Source: a virus. Taken from it: a stretch of DNA of 64,000 nt. The position numbers and the translations under genes were made by a program. The DNA is taken from positions 22,305-86,304 of IMG/VR virus record IMGVR_UViG_3300023184_000072; one strand, 5' to 3'. Positions 30,286 through 40,155 of this stretch are shown here, piece after piece (positions within the stretch are counted from its first letter, which is position 1; the number at the start of each line of letters is the position of its first letter). The notes under the pieces were generated by a model. The model did not search any database and had not been told where the DNA came from. It saw only the letters and a list, made by a program, of their open reading frames with translations.

Positions 30286-33200
30286 TTATGAAGTTGTGGT
30301 AGTTGTTGTAGTAGGTTGAATTATATCATATACTGTCTCAATATAAAACTCTCTTTTTACAGGATCATATTTAACATCTTTATCAATAGGAATATAATCT
30401 AGTTTAGTAATAATAACTCTTTCAAATTTACTATCATATACTCCATGTAATCCAATACCATTAAAATTATTATCTATATCTACTTTTGGAAAGTATCTTT
30501 GTATTTCAAATGATAAATGATCTGTCATAAATCTATTTACACCAGAACCAAATCCCCCTATCTCATTAATCTTTACACCTTCAATTAAAAATATCTGTCC
30601 TCTTTTAGCATCTACTGTAACTTGTCCTTGTGGAATTTTAAGAAAGAATTTATTTTGACTTCCTACAAATCCAAGATCTGTTTCAGCAAAATCAATAGGT
30701 GGAGTTTCTCCAAATAATTTAGTTCCTCCTAAATAAGCAGCTTTTGGATTTGTAGAATTCATTGTTAATAAGTTATTATATAACAATGATTTATTTTCAA
30801 ATCTAGCAAGTACAGCTTTGTTTTGAATACCATCTAATGATATAAGATTTCCATAGTTTTGAGGAAAATCAAATAAAGCTGTTGGAGAATATCTTAACCA
30901 ATTATTAACTCTTACATCTACATTCTGTTCTTGTGCATCAGAGTAAATAGCTCTAAATGGATAGTTTGTAAAACATAATTGATTAGTCCAATCTGCAGGA
31001 AGATGACTGAAATAATTTTCTTTATTCTGTTTAGAATATGTTGGATTATAATGATATGTATTATCAAATGTAATAGGTACAAATGTTTCTTGTACCCAGT
31101 TATCAGGAATACCTGTTGTTACATGTGGCCAAAAATCACCTTCTCTATTATTAAATGCTTGTCTTAAATCTGTATTATAAGAACTCTCGCAATAGAAGTT
31201 AGGAATACCATATGCAAATAAATAAAAGTATCCATCATAATAAGTTCTATATGTTCCATTTATCCCATCAATTCCTTCAGAAATTTTAGCAGGGTCTGTA
31301 GGACAATCAAAACTATGTGCTTTAACTGATATTATATTTTTAAAATTACGACCATCTCTATTGAAGTCATATAATATAGATCTAGATGAATGCCAATATT
31401 TAGGATAGGCAATATTACCTAACTCATCATAAAATATTTCTGAATCATCTGGAGAATTAACTCTATTATCTATAAAGAATGGAAGCTTAGTTTTGAATGC
31501 AAAACGAGAGATGAATGTATCACCACCAAATACAGTGAATGATGATTTATAATTTGGAGAATTAAATATTTGTTGTGCTCCAGTATCAACAGTTTGATAT
31601 GAATATATTTGTCCCCATTGATTAGTTATTACATTTTTTAAAGATGCATAATAAGAAACAACTGTTATATCTTTTTGATTTTCTGGAGAGTTACAATTAT
31701 CAAAATCTGTTATTGTTTTTCTAGATATATCTGTTATATAAGGAATTGTTCCATTTAATAAAGATGGTGTTTCACTAGGAAACAATAATGGATCTACAAC
31801 ATTACTATTTCTTTTTTCTAATGTCTTTAAGTATATAGATGTTTCTCTTTGATAATTGTTTATACTAATTCCACTTGGTTCCCCAACAGATTGAACAACA
31901 GGAATTAAATATTGTTTTAAGTCAAGTTCTCTTTGTTTAATACCAGTGCTATTCCCAACAGTAACATTATTATCTATATCTGCAGAATAATCATAACTAG
32001 CTATAGAGTTATATGAATAAGCATAATTTTTTCTTAATATACCATTTATAAAAAGTTGTAAATAAGTTTGGTATCCTGTAAACATTGCTATTGCATTGAA
32101 AGGATCAGTAATTGCTGCAATATTATAAGAACTGTTTAAAGCATCTTTTTGAGCTTCATATGAAAGAAGTCTATATTTTGCATTACTTCTAACATTAACA
32201 TGATGAGCAGTTCCTGCACCATACATTACATTCTCTAGTTTAAGAATACTTCCTAAGAAAGGTTGTCCAAAAGATGTTTCTGGAGAATTAAATACTTGTC
32301 TATATTTAAGATCTTTTTTTGCAGGATTAAAAGAATCTATAGGAATTTCTTTTCCACAGTCTTTTGTGCTTCTTCTTCCAATTGTAGGATTATAAATATC
32401 ACCACCTGGACCAAAATCAAATACACCTGGAGCACTTGTTACATTACCTTGTTTTTGTTTACTATAAGCACATTGACATCCAACAGGACTCCAATCACCA
32501 TTTATACCTCTATTACTACAATCATCACCTGGAGCATCATCAACATTTACTCTTGAATACACATCACCTCCTCCTGCAAACCAACCATTACCTTTTACCC
32601 AAGGATCTTTATAAATATATGTAGAATTATTATTTGTAAAAGGATCATTCCATTGTACATGAAATCCTCTACAACCTATAGATTCTGTATTCCATACATC
32701 ATAATTTGCAGGACCTATATACATAGTATCTGGATAATTAGCAAATGGTCTTGTTCCAGAACATATTTCTATCATCTCACCAACTGGTACTTCTATAGTT
32801 GTAGGTCTTCCTGTTTCTAAACTTGTATATACATATGTAGGAACTTTAGTTAGATCATTAGTCACTCCTTTATAACAATATATAATCCATGGTTTAGCTT
32901 CTTGAATCCATGCATTATTTGTTTCATCTATAAATGGATCTACATTAAGATCATTATATGGATAGTTTGGATAATAGTAGTCTTGATTTTCTCTTTTATA
33001 AGATCCAACATTTCTAAGAATACCTTTTGCTATAATTGATTTATTGGTTGATCTATCTCCTCTTATTATTTTAAATCCAACAATATTATCTTTCTGCTCT
33101 TGTGTAAGAGAAGATGTTTGTATTAGTGAATGAATTTGATAAGAATCTACATTAATACCTAATGGATATACTGAATCATTTTGCATTACCACTTTATACT

Positions 33201-34800
33201 TACCATTTTCTATTGTAGGAGTAGCACTTTCAAATGCTGGACTTACAAGAATGTCAGGAAACTTATGGTGTCTAATAGGTTTATTTGCTAGGTCTCCCCA
33301 CAAAGCTACATTACAAGGATAGGTTTCTTCTGATTCCCAATAAGCAAATTCGCCATATTCATGTGGTGTTGCATTACCAATTGGAAGTCCAGTAGCTTGC
33401 CCTATTACAGTTGCTGTATTATATATCTTCCAATAAGGACTATATCCAATCCCTGTTGAAGGATCTATAGTGGTAGGTTCACCTATGAAGTCAGCATTAG
33501 TAGTTGGAATATCTGGAAGCTGTAAATCATTATAATTTAATACTCTTCCAGGAATATGAAAACCATCTGTTTGTTTACCATTAGCTAATAAAAATACTAT
33601 TTCAATTGCATATATTTCATCACGTAGATATCCACGTAAGTTTGTAGCATTCACTTCATCAGCATAACTTTCTGTTGCAGGTAATTTATATGTTTGCCAT
33701 TTAAGATCTATTTGACTAGCAATAGATTGGTAATTAATTCTATCTATAGATGTAAGATTATCCCATACAAGAATATCTTGTACAGCTGTAAGATCTTGTG
33801 CTATTTCATAATAAGGATATTTTTCAAATATATCTCCAATACTTAATGTTGCAGTGGTTACATCTTCTCCTGTGTACGTAATCTTTTTAGTTGAAGAACT
33901 AATAGAATAAGTTCCTACTAAATTAACAGATGTGGATGCATTCACTGTTTTTACAACAGCTAAGTTAAAATATCTAAATTCTCCTGAAACATCTAAATTA
34001 CTAACTTGTACTACAACAGATTTACCAACTTCATAATCAAAATTAAAATCTGTAATATGTGTATCAACTATAGGACAAGGATTTGTAACAGAATAATAAG
34101 ATGTATATCCATTACCAGAAACATCACAATATTGAATTGCAAATTGAACTGTTCCTGCTTTTAAATTTCCACCACTAATAACTTTTGTAATACTTAAATC
34201 AGGAATGTTAAAATTAGGTTGTAATTTTATTCTATTACAATCTAAATTACCTACATCATATACAGGATCACATAAAGAAGTTCCAGATAATAATTTCCAA
34301 GGAATATTTTCAAGAGTGATATCCATATATCTTCTTGGATTATATCCATCTGTCCAATATATTTCTGTTGTACAATTTGTAATTTTATGTACCACCTTAT
34401 GTATAGGATAGTGTATATTAAAATTTAAACATGGAGCATTTGTCAATGTATTATAAATACAATCATTGTTTTCCATATATCCTATTTCAGAACCTCCTGT
34501 TGTAGGATTTGCTAAAAAGAATATATGTTTGTTTTTTTCATTAATAAAATAAGTTCCTATTAAAGCATATCCTGAAGGAAACTGTACACAGAATTCATTA
34601 CCTTGTTCATTCTGATAATTAACTGAACTAGAATCAAAGTTTTCTAAAGCTGCATTTAATGCATAGGTTAATTCTCCTGGCTTAACTTGGTTTATTGTAT
34701 TATCCATGTTAAGTCCAGAAACAGCAACACCATATTCCATTTTGATATTGCTTTTATCTCCATCAAGTATTTTTTTAATTTGATCTAATTCGTCTGCCAT
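30286..34800 (-). CDS. Tail stabilisation (muzzle-type, P22 gp10-like) protein, 1504 aa
   Basis: N-terminal GLNMD..YALNA, beta-rich, size and position as in crAss-like tail modules. Confidence 0.7.
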   Translation of the reverse strand: MADELDQIKKILDGDKSNIKMEYGVAVSGLNMDNTINQVKPGELTYALNAALENFDSSSVNYQNEQGNEFCVQFPSGYALIGTYFINEKNKHIFFLANPTTGGSEIGYMENNDCIYNTLTNAPCLNFNIHYPIHKVVHKITNCTTEIYWTDGYNPRRYMDITLENIPWKLLSGTSLCDPVYDVGNLDCNRIKLQPNFNIPDLSITKVISGGNLKAGTVQFAIQYCDVSGNGYTSYYSVTNPCPIVDTHITDFNFDYEVGKSVVVQVSNLDVSGEFRYFNLAVVKTVNASTSVNLVGTYSISSSTKKITYTGEDVTTATLSIGDIFEKYPYYEIAQDLTAVQDILVWDNLTSIDRINYQSIASQIDLKWQTYKLPATESYADEVNATNLRGYLRDEIYAIEIVFLLANGKQTDGFHIPGRVLNYNDLQLPDIPTTNADFIGEPTTIDPSTGIGYSPYWKIYNTATVIGQATGLPIGNATPHEYGEFAYWESEETYPCNVALWGDLANKPIRHHKFPDILVSPAFESATPTIENGKYKVVMQNDSVYPLGINVDSYQIHSLIQTSSLTQEQKDNIVGFKIIRGDRSTNKSIIAKGILRNVGSYKRENQDYYYPNYPYNDLNVDPFIDETNNAWIQEAKPWIIYCYKGVTNDLTKVPTYVYTSLETGRPTTIEVPVGEMIEICSGTRPFANYPDTMYIGPANYDVWNTESIGCRGFHVQWNDPFTNNNSTYIYKDPWVKGNGWFAGGGDVYSRVNVDDAPGDDCSNRGINGDWSPVGCQCAYSKQKQGNVTSAPGVFDFGPGGDIYNPTIGRRSTKDCGKEIPIDSFNPAKKDLKYRQVFNSPETSFGQPFLGSILKLENVMYGAGTAHHVNVRSNAKYRLLSYEAQKDALNSSYNIAAITDPFNAIAMFTGYQTYLQLFINGILRKNYAYSYNSIASYDYSADIDNNVTVGNSTGIKQRELDLKQYLIPVVQSVGEPSGISINNYQRETSIYLKTLEKRNSNVVDPLLFPSETPSLLNGTIPYITDISRKTITDFDNCNSPENQKDITVVSYYASLKNVITNQWGQIYSYQTVDTGAQQIFNSPNYKSSFTVFGGDTFISRFAFKTKLPFFIDNRVNSPDDSEIFYDELGNIAYPKYWHSSRSILYDFNRDGRNFKNIISVKAHSFDCPTDPAKISEGIDGINGTYRTYYDGYFYLFAYGIPNFYCESSYNTDLRQAFNNREGDFWPHVTTGIPDNWVQETFVPITFDNTYHYNPTYSKQNKENYFSHLPADWTNQLCFTNYPFRAIYSDAQEQNVDVRVNNWLRYSPTALFDFPQNYGNLISLDGIQNKAVLARFENKSLLYNNLLTMNSTNPKAAYLGGTKLFGETPPIDFAETDLGFVGSQNKFFLKIPQGQVTVDAKRGQIFLIEGVKINEIGGFGSGVNRFMTDHLSFEIQRYFPKVDIDNNFNGIGLHGVYDSKFERVIITKLDYIPIDKDVKYDPVKREFYIETVYDIIQPTTTTTTTS

Positions 34801-34805
34801 AGTGA

Positions 34806-35780
34806 TTAGTTATTACGTCTTCTACCATATCTATTAGTACGGTTAGGAAGTTCATACATATTAAATCTATTCAAATCGTTTTTGATTCTTCTTTGTTTCT
34901 CCCAAGGAGTTTGTTTCTTAATTTCTATATCAGCCATAATGAATGATTCTTCATATGCTTGTTTATGATATACGAGTTTTTGTTGTAACTGATTGAAAGT
35001 TTCATCATTAGTTTGGTTAGTAAGCATTTCAAACACTTTAAACTTAATAAATGCTTCTACATATTCTCTTATACGATAGTTATCAGGAATCATTTGATTT
35101 CCTATTTCATCATATTCTGTAGAATAGAATAATAAGTGAACTGTTCCATTTCTGAAATTTGTAACAAACTTATTATCTCTAATATCAAAACTATCATAGC
35201 TAGCAGCTCCAGGAGTGAATTCATGAATAGGAGGAGCTTGAGCATACATTTCCCAATTGTTTGTATAGTCTACACCACAGTTTTGTCTTGCAGATATATT
35301 TCCAGGTTTTAATAAATACTCATGAGTAAATTGTCTAGCTGTACTATTATTTGTTTTATAAACAGCTTGTACTAATTCTGGCATACATGTACCATCACAT
35401 TGTGGAACTTGACAACCAGGTCTGTTACAAGGTGTACCTCCAATAGTTAATGGAGCAATTTGTATAGTGGTTGCACTAGCTGCTTGAGAATAAAATGAGT
35501 TAGCATCTTGATATGGAAAACCATTCACTGCTGTACACATCCAAGCTTCTCTTACAGCATAGAAGTTATCAGGAAGTCTAGCTTGAAAATCTTCTATATA
35601 AAGAATCTCTTCACTTATAACAAATGTAGTTCTTCCTAACTTCTTTAGAGCTTTGTCTAAGTAAGTAGGAAATAAAAGATCATCTATTGCACCAGTATCA
35701 AAATAACTTTTCAGTTCTTCTTTTACAGTTGAATAAATAGGTTCAGGCGATATAAAATTATATTTATAGTAGTAACTCAT
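34806..35780 (-). CDS. Putative tail tubular/ring protein (324 aa)
   Basis: Position between the IHF-like gene and the stabilisation protein, as in crAss-like phages. Confidence 0.55.
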   Translation of the reverse strand: MSYYYKYNFISPEPIYSTVKEELKSYFDTGAIDDLLFPTYLDKALKKLGRTTFVISEEILYIEDFQARLPDNFYAVREAWMCTAVNGFPYQDANSFYSQAASATTIQIAPLTIGGTPCNRPGCQVPQCDGTCMPELVQAVYKTNNSTARQFTHEYLLKPGNISARQNCGVDYTNNWEMYAQAPPIHEFTPGAASYDSFDIRDNKFVTNFRNGTVHLLFYSTEYDEIGNQMIPDNYRIREYVEAFIKFKVFEMLTNQTNDETFNQLQQKLVYHKQAYEESFIMADIEIKKQTPWEKQRRIKNDLNRFNMYELPNRTNRYGRRRNN

Positions 35781-35786
35781 AATTTA

Positions 35787-36266
35787 TTATTTTTTCCATT
35801 CATGGTAAATATGTTGATACTTATCGCTGGTTTTTAAGTAGTGTGATAATAGTCTTGATGTAAGTCTAGAAGGTTTGAAATACCAAAGATCAGAATGTTT
35901 AAATCTTGCTGTGTTTTTAAACCACATCCAACCAAAAAAGAATCCTTCTGTATGGTAATTGAAGTTATATATTACCTTTCCCTTCTCTTTAGTTTTTTGC
36001 CAATCTATTGGAAGATTAATAAACTCTTTCCCATCAGCATTTGTAATCTTTCTTCTTTTCTTTTTATTTATAGAGAACTCTCCAAACCCATAAGGTAGTT
36101 TTGCTTTATCACCTGTCTCTAATATATATTCTTTAAAAGATTCATTATAAGTGTAGGTAATGTTTCTCCATTCATCATATGTAAGTTTTATAGATGGATG
36201 TTTTTTACAAAACAAGTTGTAATTATCCTTACTTGAAGATCTCCATTCCACTTTAACTCTTGCCAT
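35787..36266 (-). CDS. IHF/HU-like DNA-binding protein (159 aa)
   Basis: KLPYGFGEFSINKKKR motif, basic; conserved crAss-like gene position. Confidence 0.65.
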   Translation of the reverse strand: MARVKVEWRSSSKDNYNLFCKKHPSIKLTYDEWRNITYTYNESFKEYILETGDKAKLPYGFGEFSINKKKRRKITNADGKEFINLPIDWQKTKEKGKVIYNFNYHTEGFFFGWMWFKNTARFKHSDLWYFKPSRLTSRLLSHYLKTSDKYQHIYHEWKK

Positions 36267-36269
36267 TTA

Positions 36270-36998
36270 TTATGTGGTTGGTCCAGAATTAGGTGCTTGA
36301 CCATCTAATCCTTGTTCAGTTTGATCTGTTTTAATATTGAAATATGTTTGCAATAGTTTCTTAGATGTTAACTCAAGGACTTGTTGTTCTAGATATCCAG
36401 GAAGAGGAAACTCTTTATCTAATGGATTCATACATAATTGTTCATTTGTATAATCTGGAGTTCCACATCCACATTCTGGATATAAGATTTCATTATCTAC
36501 ATCTTCTTCAAAAAATGCTACTAATCTAATTGATTTAATCATAGGATTATTTACATATAGATACTCATTAGTTATCCAGAAATATTCCTCATTTTTGATT
36601 ATAGGAAGTTTTAAAAGATTGATATATCTATTGACAGTGATTTCTTTTAACTTCTTTCCTCTACCACTTAATGCATTAATAGAATAAACTCCTTGTATTA
36701 CATATTGGTAATTACCTTCTGATACACGTGGAAGTTTAAATTTAGTTCTAGCTATTGTGCATTCATCTACATAATTACAACATTCAGAAATAGGTACTTC
36801 TACCATCTCTAAACAAGGAATGGTAGTAAATAATGTGTCAGTTGCCCAAAGCTTTCTTAGATTGGTTTCTCTCTTTATAAGTAATAAAGAATTGTTTCTT
36901 ATTTCAGATGCAATTGCTCTATCGGTTATCAAAGAGTCAGTCGAAAGTATCTTGTGGACACTTCTAACATCTGATACTAATTTTCTTAATGTTGCCAT
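36270..36998 (-). CDS. Putative virion ring/neck protein (242 aa)
   Basis: Synteny within the tail module. Confidence 0.5.
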   Translation of the reverse strand: MATLRKLVSDVRSVHKILSTDSLITDRAIASEIRNNSLLLIKRETNLRKLWATDTLFTTIPCLEMVEVPISECCNYVDECTIARTKFKLPRVSEGNYQYVIQGVYSINALSGRGKKLKEITVNRYINLLKLPIIKNEEYFWITNEYLYVNNPMIKSIRLVAFFEEDVDNEILYPECGCGTPDYTNEQLCMNPLDKEFPLPGYLEQQVLELTSKKLLQTYFNIKTDQTEQGLDGQAPNSGPTT

Positions 36999-37000
36999 AA

Positions 37001-38206
37001 TTATATTCGTTGTTCGAATTCAGCTATTTTACCAAGCTCCATATCATATACTAATGCTAGAGCAGCTCTTACTGAATGTACAAAATTATTATCTAAGTGC
37101 CATCTATCAGTTCCTGAAAGACTAGGCATTTGTTGTATTCTCACTCCTTTAACTTCTTTAGCCATATAGTGATGTTTATCACCTGTATGTACTTCTCTAT
37201 ATTTAGCATTACCAAATGCTTGACTATACTGAGGATGTGTTGCAAACAATAATGGTAAATCTTCTAACTTACAATTACCATGGTGCCAACCAATGAATGT
37301 ATTTCCTAATGTGATTCCTTTAATAACACTATGCTCTCTTATAAAATCTACATCAATAGCTTCTTTAAAGAATACATCTAATGCATGTGCTAAATAAAAA
37401 GATTTAGTTCTGTCATGATTACCTTGTACTAACACTACCACCACTTGACTTGCATATTGTCTTAACATATTAATAGTCTTAACTAAAATATCAAAACCTA
37501 ATTCATATTCTTCTGAATAATCCATTATAGTATCTTGTGGTGTACCATTTGTAGTTTGGTGTTGATAGTTATCAGTGTGGAAGAAATCATTTGATATAGG
37601 TAACACTACAGTGTCTATATGATAATTAGATACCACTTTGTTAATCAAAGATTGAGCCACATCAAAATATCTTTGAGCTCTTGCTTGTGGACTGTTATCA
37701 CCATCTATTGTTTTCTTAGCTAAATGGTAATCAGCTATAGAGATTTCTACATTTACAACATCTTTAAAGTTTGGTACCTTATCAACTGTTATATTGTTTG
37801 GTTTGTAGTTTTGTAAAAACTTAGCAAAGTCTTCAGGAGAATAATCTTTTGCTTGTTTTAGTTTTGAAAAGACTGAGGAAGTAAACTTCCCACTTGGTAA
37901 CATCTTAGACCAGTAGTTGGTTATGATGTATTTATCTAAGTTTATCTTATGTAGCTTGGCTAGTTCAATATCATCTTTAGGTTCAAAGTCTGATATAATT
38001 GTACTTTCTATTGTACCTTTTTCAACATTCACTTTACGTTCTCCTGTATAATTTATTACAGGTTCACTATCTTTTTCTTTAAGCTCTTTCATGAGCTCAT
38101 TCACTTCGTATTCACTTATTCCTAATTTCTCAGCATAGAATTTTTTACTTTTCTTCTGCGTTAACAACTCTTCTAATCTGTACAATAAACTTTGATTTTC
38201 AGACAT
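37001..38206 (-). CDS. Calcineurin-like metallophosphoesterase with N-terminal HTH-like region (401 aa)
   Basis: Motifs ADYH, NDFFH, GNHD, HHG, GDKHH. Confidence 0.85.
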   Translation of the reverse strand: MSENQSLLYRLEELLTQKKSKKFYAEKLGISEYEVNELMKELKEKDSEPVINYTGERKVNVEKGTIESTIISDFEPKDDIELAKLHKINLDKYIITNYWSKMLPSGKFTSSVFSKLKQAKDYSPEDFAKFLQNYKPNNITVDKVPNFKDVVNVEISIADYHLAKKTIDGDNSPQARAQRYFDVAQSLINKVVSNYHIDTVVLPISNDFFHTDNYQHQTTNGTPQDTIMDYSEEYELGFDILVKTINMLRQYASQVVVVLVQGNHDRTKSFYLAHALDVFFKEAIDVDFIREHSVIKGITLGNTFIGWHHGNCKLEDLPLLFATHPQYSQAFGNAKYREVHTGDKHHYMAKEVKGVRIQQMPSLSGTDRWHLDNNFVHSVRAALALVYDMELGKIAEFEQRI

Positions 38207-38234
38207 ATGTATTTATATTAGTTAAAAAATATCG

Positions 38235-38267
38235 TAAAGATAAACAATAGTTTTTATATAATCCAAA
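38235..38267 (-). promoter_or_regulatory. Bacteroidota-type promoter TTTG-N21-TATCTTTA
   Basis: TAAAGATA at 38235-38242 and CAAA at 38264-38267. Confidence 0.6.
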
Positions 38268-38315
38268 TAATTTTAGTTAGAGAGTTAATTATTTATAATT
38301 AAATTAGTTATAAAA

Positions 38316-38378
38316 CAAAAACTCCCCAAGAAGATCTTGAGGAGAAACCTTGTAAAACCAACAAAACAAGGTTTTTTA
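38316..38378 (-). terminator. Tandem hairpins / intrinsic terminator after the poly-Thr gene block
   Basis: AAACCTTGT..ACAAGGTTT and CTCCCCAAG..CTTGAGGAG (one mismatch), with a T-run on the minus strand. Confidence 0.65.
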
Positions 38379-38380
38379 AT

Positions 38381-38668
38381 TTATTCAGGTACTGTTGTAG
38401 ATGTAGTAGTTGTACTTCTACTAAATGTAGTGGTTGTTGTAGTTGTTGGTTCAATTAGTACTATGTCAAAATAGTTATTACACTCTCCAGTAGAAAGTAA
38501 TCTAATAGTTGTTGTACCATCAGGTACTAAATCTGAAGCATATCCACTTGTTAAATCTACTGTAGCAACAGCTGTTTCAAATGCTGTTGTATATAAATCA
38601 ACATTTGAATACAGATTAAATGGGCCTACATTAGCTCCAGCTAATGTTAATGTTATGAATACTGTCAT
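38381..38668 (-). CDS. Small beta-domain protein with C-terminal poly-Thr tail (95 aa)
   Basis: GANVGPFN domain similar to the N-terminus of the 288-aa protein. Confidence 0.7.
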   Translation of the reverse strand: MTVFITLTLAGANVGPFNLYSNVDLYTTAFETAVATVDLTSGYASDLVPDGTTTIRLLSTGECNNYFDIVLIEPTTTTTTTFSRSTTTTSTTVPE

Positions 38669-38688
38669 TTTATTTTATTTTATTGATT

Positions 38689-40146
38689 TTAACCAAATTT
38701 ATAAACTTGTCCATCACCTTCACCAATATTTAATTGTTGTCCAGCAAAGAATTGACAAGTTCCAATTGCACGAACTGCTGACCAATCAGAATCTGTTCCA
38801 CAAGATATTTTAACAAATGTAGTTGTACCTGCATATATTATCCAAACACCTCCAACATAACCTGGTGTTTTTTCACCAACACAAATTATATCTCCATTAG
38901 GTGATGCTGATAAACTAGTCCAATATCCTGGTGATGTAGATAATGAAACAAATGCTCCAGTTCCTCCTGTTTGTTTCCAAACATTATAAGGACCACATAT
39001 ATACACATCTCCATTTGGTGCTACAGTGATATCTCTTGCTCCACTATATGCTGTACCATGATATGTAAATCCAGTTGCAGATACTACTCTTGTATAAATA
39101 TTTCCAGAAGTATCAAGTGTCCATAATGTATCATATTGATCTACATATAATCCTGTCCAGTTAGCATTTCCAGCAAATGGAAAAATAGGAGTGAATGAAG
39201 ATGCACTAACAGTTTTTACATATAATGTACCACCATATCTTGCAGCATATATATTACCTAAAGAATCTGCAGCTATTGCAGCATCTAAACTATTTGATGC
39301 TGGTACAGTAGACCAAGGACCACCTACAGGATATTTATAAACTGTACCACCTAGAGTACATCCATATAATGTACCATCTGTTGTTGTAGTTAATCCTTTC
39401 CATGTATTTACATTTGTAGAAAGCATGTTAACTGGACAATATTCACATGTTGTAGTGGTAGTAGTTGTACTACTTGTACTACTTGTAGATGTTGTACTTG
39501 TAGAAGTTGTACTTGTAGTTGATGTACTAGAACTACTTGTAGTTGTAGTAGTTGATGGTGGTATAGTAGTGGTAGTAGTTGTTGTTTGACAAACTCCTAA
39601 AATACATGCAGGACCATTTGTAACTGTTACTAATGGTGCATGTGTCACTCCACAACATCCACAATAACTATTTGTAGCACCTACTTGTATTATAGTGTAT
39701 TCAATTTGTCCTAAACAATTATTATATTCTATTTCTTGTATTGTTGGCTCTCCATTATAAAAAGTGACACAATTACAAGCTATTGTTGTACTTGTACTAG
39801 TTGTTGTTGATGTAGAAGAAGATGAAGTTGTTGTAGTTGTAGGACAACAACAATTACAAGCTATTGTTGTAGTGGTTGTTGTTGTGGGACAACATATATT
39901 TAATTGATCATTAATATTAATTATCTCTTCTGAAATAATCATCACCTCTTCAGTGATGTTTGTTACATCATCTATAAGTTCATTAATACTATTTGTTGCA
40001 TTACATATAATACTATCAAATTTAACAAGAATATCATTTAATCCATCACATGGTTGTACACCTGTACAAGGAAGTGGAGTGCTATCATATCCAATAGCAC
40101 TCGTTCCTATTATTGTTGTATTATTTATTTGAGGACAATTAGCCAT
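38689..40146 (-). CDS. Putative fibre/receptor-binding protein (485 aa): coiled coil, Cys/poly-Thr stalk, beta-propeller head
   Basis: Repeated W..L...xxG.lY blades in the C-terminal half. Confidence 0.65.
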   Translation of the reverse strand: MANCPQINNTTIIGTSAIGYDSTPLPCTGVQPCDGLNDILVKFDSIICNATNSINELIDDVTNITEEVMIISEEIININDQLNICCPTTTTTTTIACNCCCPTTTTTSSSSTSTTTSTSTTIACNCVTFYNGEPTIQEIEYNNCLGQIEYTIIQVGATNSYCGCCGVTHAPLVTVTNGPACILGVCQTTTTTTTIPPSTTTTTSSSSTSTTSTTSTSTTSTSSTSSTTTTTTTCEYCPVNMLSTNVNTWKGLTTTTDGTLYGCTLGGTVYKYPVGGPWSTVPASNSLDAAIAADSLGNIYAARYGGTLYVKTVSASSFTPIFPFAGNANWTGLYVDQYDTLWTLDTSGNIYTRVVSATGFTYHGTAYSGARDITVAPNGDVYICGPYNVWKQTGGTGAFVSLSTSPGYWTSLSASPNGDIICVGEKTPGYVGGVWIIYAGTTTFVKISCGTDSDWSAVRAIGTCQFFAGQQLNIGEGDGQVYKFG

Positions 40147-40155
40147 GTTTTATAT

